Positions 11,510 to 23,537 of a DNA stretch of 64,000 nt are shown piece by piece (within the stretch, counting starts at the first letter, position 1; each line of letters opens with the position of its first letter). The DNA lies in NCBI GenBank assembly GCA_038087875.1, contig CM075997.1, positions 868,001 through 932,000 on the forward strand. Reading direction: 5' to 3'. The notes beneath the pieces are model-generated. The model ran no database searches and was not told where the DNA came from. It saw only the letters and a list, made by a program, of their open reading frames with translations. This DNA is from Malacoraja senta. Its lineage: Eukaryota. The translations under genes were made by a program, and so were the position numbers.

Positions 11510-11673
11510 GGGTAGTCAAAAGTGCTGGAGAAACTCAGCGGGTTTCTTCAGACTGAAGGGTTTCGGCCCGGAACGTTGCCTATTTCCTTCGCTCGATAGA
11601 TGCTGCTGCACCCGCTGAGTTTCTCCAGCACTTTTGTCTACCTTCGATTTTCCAGCATCTGCAGTTCCTTCTT
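11510..11673. mobile_element. Penelope-derived fold-back element
   Basis: 16-bp TSD AATCAATTAATATCTT at 11494-11509 and 11674-11689. Confidence 0.88.
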
Positions 11674-13229
11674 AATCAATTAATATCTTACTGGATGTGC
11701 AGGCTCCAGGGACTGACGGACCTACTCCCTCTCCCATGTGTTCTTATATTCAACGGTAGAGGCAAATGACAAGAAAGGGTAGACACAAAATGCTGGAGTA
11801 ACTCAGCAGGTCAGGCAGCATCTCTGGAGAAAAAGGATCGGTGACATTTCGATTCGAGTCCCTTCTTCAGTCTGACGAAGGGTCCTGAACCGAAACGTTT
11901 CATCTCACCACAGATGCTGCCTGACCAGCTGAGTTACTCCAGCACTGCGTATATCTTCGGTATATAGCAGCATCTGCAGTTCCTTGCACCACATTTTGTC
12001 AAGGGCGCTGATTTCCCATTTATGCAGAATCCACTGCACATATTTCTTCCACCTTTGTGTGTGGACAGTTAACTTGAAACCAGGAGGATTTCCACAACAG
12101 ATGGTGTTAGGTGTTGGCCCAGAAGATATCGCCAGCCTGCTGTCAACTCTAGGCTGGCTGCCGTTTGGCAAAGGTGTGAAGGAGAAGTGACGAGTAACTC
12201 TGCCAGTGATATGGGGATGGCCTAATTAAAAACCAGGAAGTCCCAAAAACTGTTGGGCAAAGGTGGGTTTGAGGTTAGATTATGGTCACGTGTACCAAGG
12301 TACAGTGAAAAGCTCTTGTTGCGTGCTAACCAGGCATTAGGTGACCAGATTGATTTTGCTCATTCTATTCGTACACAGTTATCGTAGACACAAACACTGG
12401 TTAGCACGCAACAAGAGCTTTTCACTGTACCTCGGTACACGTGACAATAATCGACACAGACCTCCGAATTAGGTTAAACACAGAAATGTTAAACTTTATG
12501 TTCAAAGCCCAGCCTTCCACTGCCAAGTGAACCACAGCCCACAAGAGGCCACAGTCTGGGTCACATCCCTTTGGAGATGACAGACGGCACATTTGCGGTG
12601 GTCGCGGGTGGTGGTTCTGGTGGAGGCGGCCTCGGGAAGTCCTACAGCAGCCGGCCGAGCGAGCGCAGCCTGCGGCGGCTGCACGGAGCGGTGGCAGAAG
12701 GAGCCAACGGCATCGCGCTGGGCCAGGCCGACTCCGACACCATCTATCCAGTGCCGCCTGGATCTTCATGTTATAGAAGCAGAATTAGGCCATTCGGCCC
12801 ATCAAGTCGACTCCACCATTCAATCATGGCTGATCTATCGTTCCCTCTCAACCCCATTCTCCTGCCTTCTCCCCATAGCCCCCGACGCCCATACCAATCA
12901 AAGATCCAAGCCTTAATGCGTGAAAATAAGAAAATGCCTATATCCTCGGGCCAAAATTGAACTTCACAGAGACTTGCCCTTTTCGAGATGGCACCAGACG
13001 TGGCAATACTCAGTGTGCTGTTCCAAGAGGATCTACTGCATTCGTGCATAATATGGTTTGACAGCATGGAGAACAAGCATTACTATGCATCGCTGTGCAC
13101 ATGACTAGAAACAAACCTAAACTAGGAGGCCCAATTCAACTTTGTTGACATACTGAACTATCATGGCCACAAACGATGATTCTCACTGGACAACAAGCAG
13201 AGTCAACAACAAAACTGTTGACTTTCACG

Positions 13230-13512
13230 ATATAGCATGGGAACAGGCCCTTCAGCCCACCGAGTCCATGCAAACCATCAACGCACTAGATCTATGTTAT
13301 CCCACTTTCTCATCCATTCCCTACACACGAGGTGTAATTTACAGAGGCCAATTAACCTACAATCCTTGTGATGCGAGAGGGAACCGGAGCACCCGGAGGA
13401 AATCCACGCAGTCACAGGGAGAAGGTACAAATGCCACACAGACAGCTCCCGCAGTCAGGAACGAACCTGGGTCTCTGGTACTGTGAGGCAGCTGCTCTAA
13501 CCGCTGCACCAC
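13230..13512 (-). mobile_element. Older HE1-type SINE
   Basis: Diverged reverse-complement HE1; similar copies at ~11030-11330 and ~25660-26000. Confidence 0.72.
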
Positions 13513-15829
13513 CAATGCCGTCCCTCAATTGTTTGAGGGACATTTTTAACAAAAGATTCTGCTCTTTATGGACAATGTTGAAGTTAGAAAATAACTGTGA
13601 CTCATCGCATGAAGCACAAGATACAGAATGCTGTTCCCTGCTCGCAACAAGTGGATTGCTATTACCAAACACACACAGTAAATCAGTCTCAATACAGTTA
13701 GTTCCCCAGAACATGATCCATTTGCGACCCAAACCTTGTGGTGTGTGGGAAGCTCGAATTAAGATAGTCTCACTTCACTTGGCCCCATCAAAATGAATCT
13801 CACACTCTGAATAAACCACCTGCCAACTGCATCTTCAAAGCCAAGAGAAATCCAGCCATTCCAAACATTAGAATGTATCTGACAAGAAATAAACCCCCCA
13901 ACTGAACATAAACCACTCACTCAACTTAACTCCTGAACTGGACTCCCGTAATCCACACAGACATATCTAGTATCCGAGGACTAGGAATGCACAAGACGAA
14001 ATTTCACGGCAGTTAACTGGAGTTCATTATAGAGTTCTAGACAATAATACTGCAGCAGGTCATCGACATGTTGTGTGAACATCATGGACCTGGGGTTAGA
14101 CACAAAAAGCTGGAGTAACTCAGCGGGACAGACAGCATCTCTGGAGCAAAGGAATAGGTGACGTTCAGGAATAGCTTCTTCCCCACAGCCATCAGGCTAT
14201 TAAACCTGGCTCGGACATAACACTGAACTTTATTAGTCAATACTGTTATTTGCACTTTATCAGTATTTTGATTCATGTGTGTATATATCTATAGAATGCC
14301 TTGTAGTCAATGCCTACTATGTTCTGTTGTGCTGAAGCAAAGCAAGAATTTCATTGTCCTATCAGGGACACATGACAATAAACTCACTTGAACTTGAACT
14401 TGAGTCAGGGGAAAGAGAAACGAGAGATATAGACGGTGATATAGAGAGATAAAGAACAAATTAATGAAAGATATAGCAACAAAGTAATAGTGATAAAGGA
14501 AGCGGTCTATTGACCTGGGGTAGCTCGGCCAACAGCATGCAAATGTCTTTCTTGGATGACATTGGAAGAGAATCTCCAAATCTTTTTATACTTCTTGATT
14601 GAATTTCAGTGGCCTTCTCTGCAGCATTTCCACTGAAGAGCCCATTGTTCTCAATTTCAGTAGCCGTTGGGATCGGGGTCAAATCAAAATGACAGAGGCA
14701 ACCCATGTGTCGTAATGAAAAGAGAAATTTAGTTGGGCTGCCACCAGCAGTTTAGCCTCAGGACCATTATCCCCCCCCCCCCCCCCCCAGGACGTGGCGG
14801 AGAACACCACGGCTTCACTTAACCAGGCCGACCCGGCAACATGGCCAGGACAACGACCCTTCTGGGTCAGGTCAAGAACCCTGCACTTACATCAGCTGGG
14901 ACTTGAAAATGGCGCAAAACTGCCGACCTTGTATACTGTCTCAGTGCATTACTATACACTTGTACTGAATCGGAGATGTTTATCTAAGATGTATCTAAGT
15001 GATTATGTATAGTGGAGAGAAGGAACGGGTGACGTTTCGGGTCGAGACCTTTCTTCAGACTTACTCCAGCATTTATTTTGTGTCTATATTCGGTGTAAAC
15101 CAACTTCTGCAGTTCCTACCTACACATTCTATGTATAGTGATACTTGTACTGAGCTGTATACAAAAATGAATTTCACTGTACCTCGGTACGTGTGACCCA
15201 TACAGTACCGTACCATAACACACCGCAAGATCATTCATTTTGCCACTGCTGTGGGAAGCTGTATTTTGATGTGTGAAAGACATCAGGATTCAGGAAGAGT
15301 CCCAATTTCTCCTGTTTTACAACATTGCCTGGTGCCTGCAGAGGTTAAATTGATCCTGATTAAGCTGGGTCTGCTGACATAAAGCAGTAAGCCGGGACTC
15401 CCAAATCCGATTACGCTCAGAAACTCAATAGAAGTTTCATGGCCTGGGCCTTTAAATGTCATGATTGAATTATTGGGCCTCACAATATACAATGGCCAGA
15501 GAATTCCATACTAATCAATTGCAAATATCTCTTCAATAACCCGCAGTGATAATATCGCAATCATTCTTCATCCCCTCACTCTGTTATCACACCGGGAGAT
15601 CAGGGAATGCACTGTGGTCAGCGCTAGAGGAAAATAGATCACAAGTTAATAACATGGAGAAGGAAGCCTGCTCTTGATTTATGCAAGAAAGGGCCATGCC
15701 CCATTACACTGCATCTCTGTCTACACTTCTCTATCAAGAAAATCAATCCCCACGCTGATCACTCTTTGCTCCTGACCTTTCCAAAAGTAATCACATTGCA
15801 TCCTCAACCGCATTTTATCCGGATGCGTG

Positions 15830-16312
15830 ACTTGGGAACAGCTTCATCCAGGGTTGCAAGAAACTGCAAAGAATTGTGGACGCAGCCTAGACCATCACAC
15901 AAACCAACCTCCCTTCCATTGACTCCATTTACACCTCACGCTGCCTCGGCAAGGCCAGCAGCATCATCAAGGACCAGTCACTCCCATCTCCCCCATCAGG
16001 CAAGAGGTACAGAAGTGTGTAAACGCACACCTCCAGATTCAGGGACAGTTTCTTCCCAGCTGTTATCAGGCAACTGATCCATCCTACCAACAACTAGAGA
16101 GCAGTGCTGAACTATTATCTACCTCATTGGAGACCCTCAGACTATCTTTGATCAGACTTTACTGCCTTTTTCTTGCACTAAACGTAATTCCCTTTATCAT
16201 GTATCTGTACAATGTGGACGGCTCGATTGTAATCATGTATTGTCTTCCCGCTGACTAGTTAGCACGCCACAAAAGGTTTTCACTGTTTCTCAGTGCACGG
16301 GACAATAAATTA
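15830..16312 (+). mobile_element. Rex1/Babar-type LINE 3' fragment
   Basis: Degenerate ...RCLGKASSIIKD...PSGKRYRS...SFFPAVIRQL coding remnant followed by the family 3' UTR. Confidence 0.75.
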
Positions 16313-17358
16313 ATGACTAATGACAAACCTCGGTTCCTGTTCGACAGTTTAATTCGAAATAGAATTCTAGATAAATCTTTTCCCTGCTTTGAAGAATCTG
16401 GCATAATGTTCCCTCATCTCCATAAGTCAAGTCCTTTTGATTTTAAACAAGAAGCTTTTAGTTAGGTACATGGATATGCAGGGAATAGAGGGATATGGAT
16501 CATCTGCAGGCAGATGAGATTAGTTTATCTTGGCATTATGTTCAGCACAGACATTGTGGACCGAAGGGCCTGTTCCTGCTGTACACTTCTATATTTAACC
16601 AGAACTAAATGTGGATTCAGAGCACGGCCTAACAAACGATTTGTAAATATTATCTTCTCCAATATAATTGTCCAATAATCATTTGTCTACATGCTCTCAA
16701 GAAGGGGGTGGGCACGGTGGCTAAGCTGGTGGAGCTGCTACCTCACAGTACCAGAGACCTGGGTTCGATCCTGACCTTGGGTGCTGTCCGTGTGGAATTT
16801 GTACCCTGTGACCGTATGAGTTTCCTCCAGGTGCTCCAGTTTCCAATATATGAAATATATATTAACCCATGAATAAACACGTGATTGGAGTTTGTTACTC
16901 GAGCTGCTGATAAGCTTTGTTGCTTCCCAACGCACTGTTAACAATCGCTCTCTTTCCTCAGCAACAGAATCACAGATGGATGAGAATAAAATATCTACGA
17001 TTCAGCCATGCAGAAAAAGGATTAGCAAAGCGAATGGTGTAAATTAATGGACAAACTCCATGCTCAAGAAACCCAAACTGCTGCACAGCTTTGGATTGTT
17101 TTCCCAGTACTAATAGAATTGATATCAATTTCTGGGCTTATTTCAATTTTCAGCAGTCAGAGCATTTCCCACCATAGTGCCATCAGCAAGAGAGGCTAAA
17201 GAAAAGCAAAAGGACACAAACTGCTGGAGTAACTCAGCAGGTCAGGCAGCATCTCTGGAGAATGACCAGAGATCAGTAGATAGGGTTTGAAGAAGGGTGT
17301 CGACCTGCAAGATCACCAATCCATGTTCTCCAGAGATGCCGCCTGACCCGCTGAGTTA

Positions 17359-17925
17359 AGGGCCTGTCCCACCAGCATGCGCTTGCATGCGTCTAGCGCG
17401 ACCAAACGTGATGGCTTGAGGCGTACGGCCTCGCGGGGCTGGTCCCACTTCCAACCGCGGAGCCGTCAGGAGTTGTGCGGAGCTGGTCCCGACATCATAC
17501 TCACCAATCAGCTGGGCAGGAGGCAGGTCGACTGAATTTGGACGTCGCACGGCGTCGAGTGGTTACGTCATCACGCAACGGCACGCCGGGCGGTGATGTC
17601 ATCGTGCAGCGCCACGCGCTAGGGGTACGCCGTCAAGACGCTGTGTACGGCATCAAGACGTTGCGTTCGGCGTCGAGACGCTGCGTGCAGCGTCGAGGTG
17701 GTGCATGCGGCCTCCATGCGGCAGCGGGCTGGCAGGCCTTTGCCGCGCGGAATTTTTGAACACTGTCAGTTTTTCGGAGCCCCGCGCGATGTCGGGACCA
17801 GCTCCGCACAACTCTATGCGGCTCCCGCGATCGAAGTGGGACCGGCCCCGCGAGGCCGCACGGCTAGCGCGACCACGTTAGGTCGCGCTAGCCGCATGCA
17901 GTCGCATGCGCGTGGGACAGGCCCT
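17359..17925. mobile_element. PIF/Harbinger-type MITE (family B, CpG-rich, ~135-bp TIRs)
   Basis: TIRs AGGGCCTGTCCCAC...GGAGCTGGTCCCGACATC; perfect TTA TSD at 17356-17358 and 17926-17928; internal ~4 x 20-bp tandem at 17625-17704. Confidence 0.9.
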
Positions 17926-19126
17926 TTACTCCGACACTTGCAGTTCTTTGTTTCTACACAAGGAAAAACAAATCAACCCGGAACCCTAGTGCTTTGTTAT
18001 GTGAAGAGCTTGTCATTTTAATGACCATACATGGCCAATATTACAATTCCAAGCCCCCAAAAAACTAATTTATGCAGATCATAATATCTTCATATAGGTA
18101 ATTCAAAATTAGGGTTTAAAAATAATAAATGTGGTTTCAGATTTAAGGACATTACCATCGGGTTACGTTTTAATAGCGTCTTACAGAGAGTGAAATAAAG
18201 GTCGACATGGTGACACCTTTAAGTTGTTCCCTCATGAGCATCACAAACAACAGTATTCACTCTGGTCTTATGGACAACAGCTCCAAATGTGGAAAAATGG
18301 TTCCAAAGAAATAAAGAAATAAAGAGAAGACATAAGAAACTACAGATGCTGGAATCTTGATCAAAACATGAAGTGCTGGAGGTACTCAGCGGGTCAGACA
18401 GAGTCTGTGGAGGGAATCTATGGGCGATGTTTTGGGTTAGGAGTCCAGGGCGGGGGGGAAGCTGGAAAAGAAAAGTGTGGGTGGGTCAATGATAGGTGGA
18501 TACGGTAGGGGATATATCCATCTACTGTATGAAGAAGGGTCTCAACCCGAAATGTCACCCATTCCTTGTCTCCAGAGATGCTGCCTGTCCCGCTGTTACT
18601 CCAGCATTTTGTGTCTATCTTCGGTTTAAACCCGCATCTGCAGATCCTTCTGACACCCATTTGATCCTAAGTCAGTCATCCTTTTCTTTAAATGTCTGAC
18701 ACTATCTTAACTACTGCAAGTTATCTCAATTATATTAGTATCTTGCAATCTCTCAATTAGTATTGATTATCCCTAAGTGATTTAACTTTAGATTACAAGA
18801 TGACATATTACTTAAATTATGGTCCGCAAAAGTGATACTGTCTGAAACGCAACCAAAAATGTCACTGTATCAGAATGCCAAACAGGATTTCCCAACAGTA
18901 CCGCTGTTGACTAATATCTTGTAATCTAGGCTAAAGTCTTTAATCTTTAGACTAAAGTCTAGGTTACAAGATAATAGTCATCAAAAGTATTACTGTATAA
19001 AAATCACACAAAAATGTCACTGTTTCAAAATGCCAAGCAGCAAGGTCACTTCCAGTTGTTCTTGTATGGACTATGAATAGCTCTCATCCTCATTAGCTCT
19101 TCCCGTGCATATATATAGTGGAAGAG

Positions 19127-19440
19127 TGGGAGAGTCTAGGACCAGAGGTCAGAGCCTCAGAATTAAAGGACATTCCTTTAGGAAGGAGATGAGGAGGAAT
19201 GTCTTTATTCAGAGGTGGTGAATCTGTGGAATTCATTGCCACAGAAGGCTGTGAAGGCCAAGTTAATGGATATTTTTAAGGCAGAGATAGATAGATCCTT
19301 CATTTAAAACGGTGTCAGGGGTTATGGGGAGAAGGCAGGAGAATGGGGTTAGGAGGGAGAGATAGATCAACCACGATTGAATGGCAGAGAACACTTGATG
19401 GGCCGAATGGCCTAATTCTGCTCCTGTCACTGATCAACAT
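19127..19440 (+). mobile_element. CR1-clade LINE 3' fragment
   Basis: GAGAGTCTAGGACCAGAGG...GGTGGTGAATCTGTGGAATTC...GGGCCGAATGGCCTAATTCTGCTCCT. Confidence 0.82.
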
Positions 19441-21050
19441 GAACTCATGTGACAGGCACAATCAGAAGTATTATCAGTGTTTAATATAAACCGAGTTGCA
19501 TTCAACACAACGGTAATAACTGCAGCCAACCCAGAGGGAGGGATGTACATGTTTCCAGTGACTGGCGCCAGTCATGGTTCAGCGAAGGGATATTTTGCTC
19601 CTGGTCAAAAGCTTAAAGCCCCAATAACTCAGAGGATTTCCACTTAAATAGCCAGATAACTAGTGACACCAGCGGGCAAACTCAAGTCACGATACCCATC
19701 AGAAATAGTGGAATTACTCGCAAGGAACAAGTGCAATCACTGAGATGAGCTGTGAAATAAAGACTTCAATCATGTGAAGTGCAGACTCCAAACTCCACGC
19801 TACAAACATTGAATGTTTGCCTCAGTGGATTAGTAACATTAACGTGCCCCATTTTCTAAATAATTCTCTAAATGTTCAAAAATAATTGGCAAAAAGAATC
19901 AATTTGAGGGTGCCTCATTTCATTTGCATAATTAATCCAATTTAAAAATAGACCAGATTTCTTTCCCTGAAGGACAAGATTGAAAGTTAAATCCCCCAGT
20001 TGCTGGAGTGGGATTTGAACTCATGCCCCTGGATCAATAATCCAGACCTGTGAATGCTGGTCTGCTCTGCTATCAGACCTTCGTGACTACATCAAGTGTG
20101 GCTGTGAGTGTGAGGACTTGCTGTGTGTTGGAAACCTCCTATTGAAGCAAGTCTATCCCAGTAAAAAACAAAAACATTTAATATACAAGGGCAGGAAACA
20201 TGATTTAAAGAAAGATCATATTTAGGAAGTGCCACTTTTAACTATCTGATGGCACTTTCTCCCTTCATAACCAAATTCCAAATGCACCAATTATAATCTG
20301 TAGTACACGAGGCACTTCCATAATGGGCACTTAAGAACACAGAGACTTGGCTGATTTAATTACTATCAATTAAATTCTATCTGTCTCAGCTAGACGAAGA
20401 GAGGAAATGGATTGAATGAAAGGCAAGGCACTCATCCACAGGGAGGGGAAAGGGCAAGTCAGTCCTATCAAAGCAACTCATCAGCTGAGGGACACAAACC
20501 AAAAGTAAAATCTACTGTAGCAGAAAACGGCCCCCGAGCCAGGAAACTATTTGATCAGCAGTGCACTAACCTTGCTGGTTCCACGATTGTTTCCATCGTG
20601 GCCATTAATTCAACCACGCTCTTTCAAACATCCCCATGGTGCTCGAAAGTGTATGGAAGAATTAATAGCCATGATCGCAGGTTGAAGAGAAAGCCCTCTG
20701 GGGATATCGTGAATTACAGCAAACAGAAAATAACCAAAATGAGAGGCAAAAAGCTGGAGTAACTCAACAGGCATCTCTGGAGAACATGGATAAGGTCGGT
20801 TGGGTCATTGGGGCCTGTTTCTGCGCTGTCTCTCCAAACTAAACGAAACTGCTGGCTTTACCCAATCCAGCATGTGTACAACTCCAGACCCACAGCAATG
20901 TACTTACTCTTAGCCAACCTGTGAAATGCTGCAGTAAGCCATTCATTTGAATGGTATATTAAATGAACAATGACTGTTCAAAAGGTCACTGTGCACACTG
21001 ATAGGTACTTAGCAAAAGACATCACTACAATACTGACATCAATACAATAC

Positions 21051-21495
21051 TACATCGGTGAGACCAAGCGTAGGCTTGGCGATCGCTTCGCCCAACACCT
21101 CCGCTCGGTCCGCAATAACCAACCTGATCTCCCGGTGGCTCATCACTTCAACTCCCCCTCCCATTCCGAATCCGACCTTTCTGTCCTGGGCCTCCTCCAT
21201 GGCCAGAGGAGGCCCACTGTAAATTGGAGGAGCAGCACCTCATATTTCGCTTGGGTAGTTTACACCCGAGCAGTATGAACATTGACTTCTCTAATTTCAG
21301 GTAGTCCTTGCTTTCTCCATCCCTTCCTAGCTCTCCCTCAGTTCACCGTCTCCGCCTTTTCCTTTCTTCTTCCCGCGCCCCCCCCCCCACTCTCACATCA
21401 GTCTGAAGAAGGGTCTCGACCCGAAACATCGCCTATTTCTTTCGCTCCATAGATGCTGCCTCACCCGCTCAGTTTCTCCAGCATTTTTGTCCACC
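21051..21495 (+). mobile_element. 5'-truncated Penelope-like element: GIY-YIG endonuclease C-terminus, 3' UTR and hammerhead-like terminal repeat
   Basis: YIGETKRRLGDRFAQHLRSVRNNQPDLPVAHHFNSPSHS...LLHGQ, then a 1-nt frameshift, then EAHCKLEEQHLIFRLGSLHPSSMNIDFSNFR* (stop 21302-21304). It continues into CTGAAGAAGGGTCTCGACCCGAAAC at 21403. Flanked by TACAATAC at 21043-21050 and 21496-21503. Confidence 0.9.
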
Positions 21496-22186
21496 TACAA
21501 TACCACTACAATTTCTATATCAGCCTTGCTCCTTAGACAGCTGTAGGTTGACTATAGCATTGAGTGCAAACATATTTGCCAAAGGATGGTTTTGTACTGA
21601 CAATGAATATTATAGCATGTTAATAGAAGGGAGAACAGCTTAAATTATCCAGTGCAAATTTACTGTGGCAGTATAAAAGACAGGCTCCTTGCTGACACGG
21701 AACTGCAGCACTCCTCAGCAGCAAGCATAAGATTCAAAACATCCCACAACTCCATTCATTGTTTCACCATTTGCTTTCATCCAGTTCTGAAACTTCCTCC
21801 ATCTCAACCACTAATTGGTATAAAATGTAAAAGCTGAGAGGTGGGGGGGGGGGTGAGATCTGGCGGACATGTGCAGACTGTAAATCCAGCCCACGAGACT
21901 GCATGAGAAAGGTAGAGAAGAGCCCCAACATGTGATGGCCATCTGACTTGGCTTCCAGGAATGCTCCCACTGCGGATTTCCTTTTGGCAACAGCGTGAAA
22001 TCAGAGATGATCAAGCAGTTGCTTTCTATCACCCACCTACAATCGTACACTTCCGATCTTCTCTCCCTACTTTAGCAAAACTCTGTGGGTGACTAATCAA
22101 GGTTCGTGACAGGTTCAGGCCCCCTGGAGCTTATAATTTATTCCAGACCCAACACCACCATTGTCTTTCATCATGGATAGGAAAGA

Positions 22187-22426
22187 GTTTAAGAAGGAAC
22201 TGCAGATGCTGGAAAATCGAAGGTAGACAAAAATGCTGGAGAAACTCAGCGGGTGCAGCAGCATCTATGGAGCGAAGGAAATAGTCAACGTTTCGGGCCG
22301 AAACCCAAAGGAAATAGGCAATGTTTCGGGTCGAAACCCAAAGGGTTTCGGGCCGAAACGTTGCCTATTTCCTTCGCTCCATAGATGCTGCTGCACCCGC
22401 TGAGTTTCTCCAGCATTTTTGTGTAC
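22187..22426. mobile_element. Penelope-derived fold-back element with internally duplicated centre
   Basis: 15-bp TSD CATGGATAGGAAAGA at 22172-22186 and 22427-22441; the AAGGAAATAG-CAAYGTTTCGGGYCGAAACCCAAA unit is duplicated. Confidence 0.88.
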
Positions 22427-23326
22427 CATGGATAGGAAAGATTTGGAGGGAATGTGTAGGAAGGAACTGCAGATGCTGGTTTAAATCAAAGATAGACACA
22501 AAAGGCTGGAGTAAATCAGCGGCGTAGGCAGCGCCTCTGGAGAGAGACCCTTCTTTAGACTTCTGAGATTTGAAATTTGAAGGAATATGTTCTTTATTTT
22601 ATTGTTCGGCTGTATGGTGATCACATTTCACTGTGCCAACTGATACATGTGACAAATAAATGTATCTTGGATATGGGACAAACACGGGCAAGTGGGACTA
22701 GCGTGGATGGGGGGAGCTTGGCCAGCAGATATACGTTGTGCTGAACGGCCTTTTTCCCTGTTGCATGACTCTACAACTTTGTAACTCCACGTCTCTCCCA
22801 AGCAGCCCGACCTTCCCACCTCTCCCTCCCTACCATATTCTGAATGAATGAATATTTTATGTGACGTGACAGTGATATTCTTTGTATTGCATGACCAAGG
22901 TATGCAAAGAGTCACCACATAGAGGGCGCCGACAACGTTACAAAGTATCCACACCGGCTCCTCCTTTGTTCTCCGCAGTGCGTCCATCCTCCGTTACCCA
23001 CGTGGCCCGTTTTTGACCACCTTGACCTCTCTCTATCATCCGGACACTATCCAAACCTACATGGCTCAGGAGTAAACACTTCTCCTGTCAGGGCTTGTTT
23101 GGCAGTCAGGATCCACTCACGGGCAGTACAATTGCCAACAGTGACTATGTGCCCATTATTCCAGTGGACTCTGAAGACACGATTAACTTTGTGTTAGCAA
23201 GAGTCAACAATCATCTTTTTTTTAACTTTAGCTAGATTACCAGGGCAATTTTACATAGTTATCCATGGTTGGATTTCATTTTCCAGATCATAAAAATCCT
23301 AAATGTCAACACTATTGTATACCCTA

Positions 23327-23537
23327 TGGGCCAGTCCCACTTAGGCGATTTCTTGGGCGACTACAGGCGACTGCCGCAAAATTGTCAACATGTTGAAAAA
23401 TGTCAATTTTTGCTATCGTAGGTTGTCGTAGGTTGACGCAAGTGTTGTCGCAGGTTGTCGTTAGGTGTCGTAGGTGAATTCCATTCAAACTAGTCCCTGG
23501 CAGTCGCCTAAAGGGTCGCCTAAGTAGGGCAGGCCCA
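23327..23537. mobile_element. PIF/Harbinger-type MITE (family C)
   Basis: Imperfect TIRs TGGGCCAGTCCCACTTAGGCGA ... TCGCCTAAGTAGGGCAGGCCCA, followed by TAA. Confidence 0.75.
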
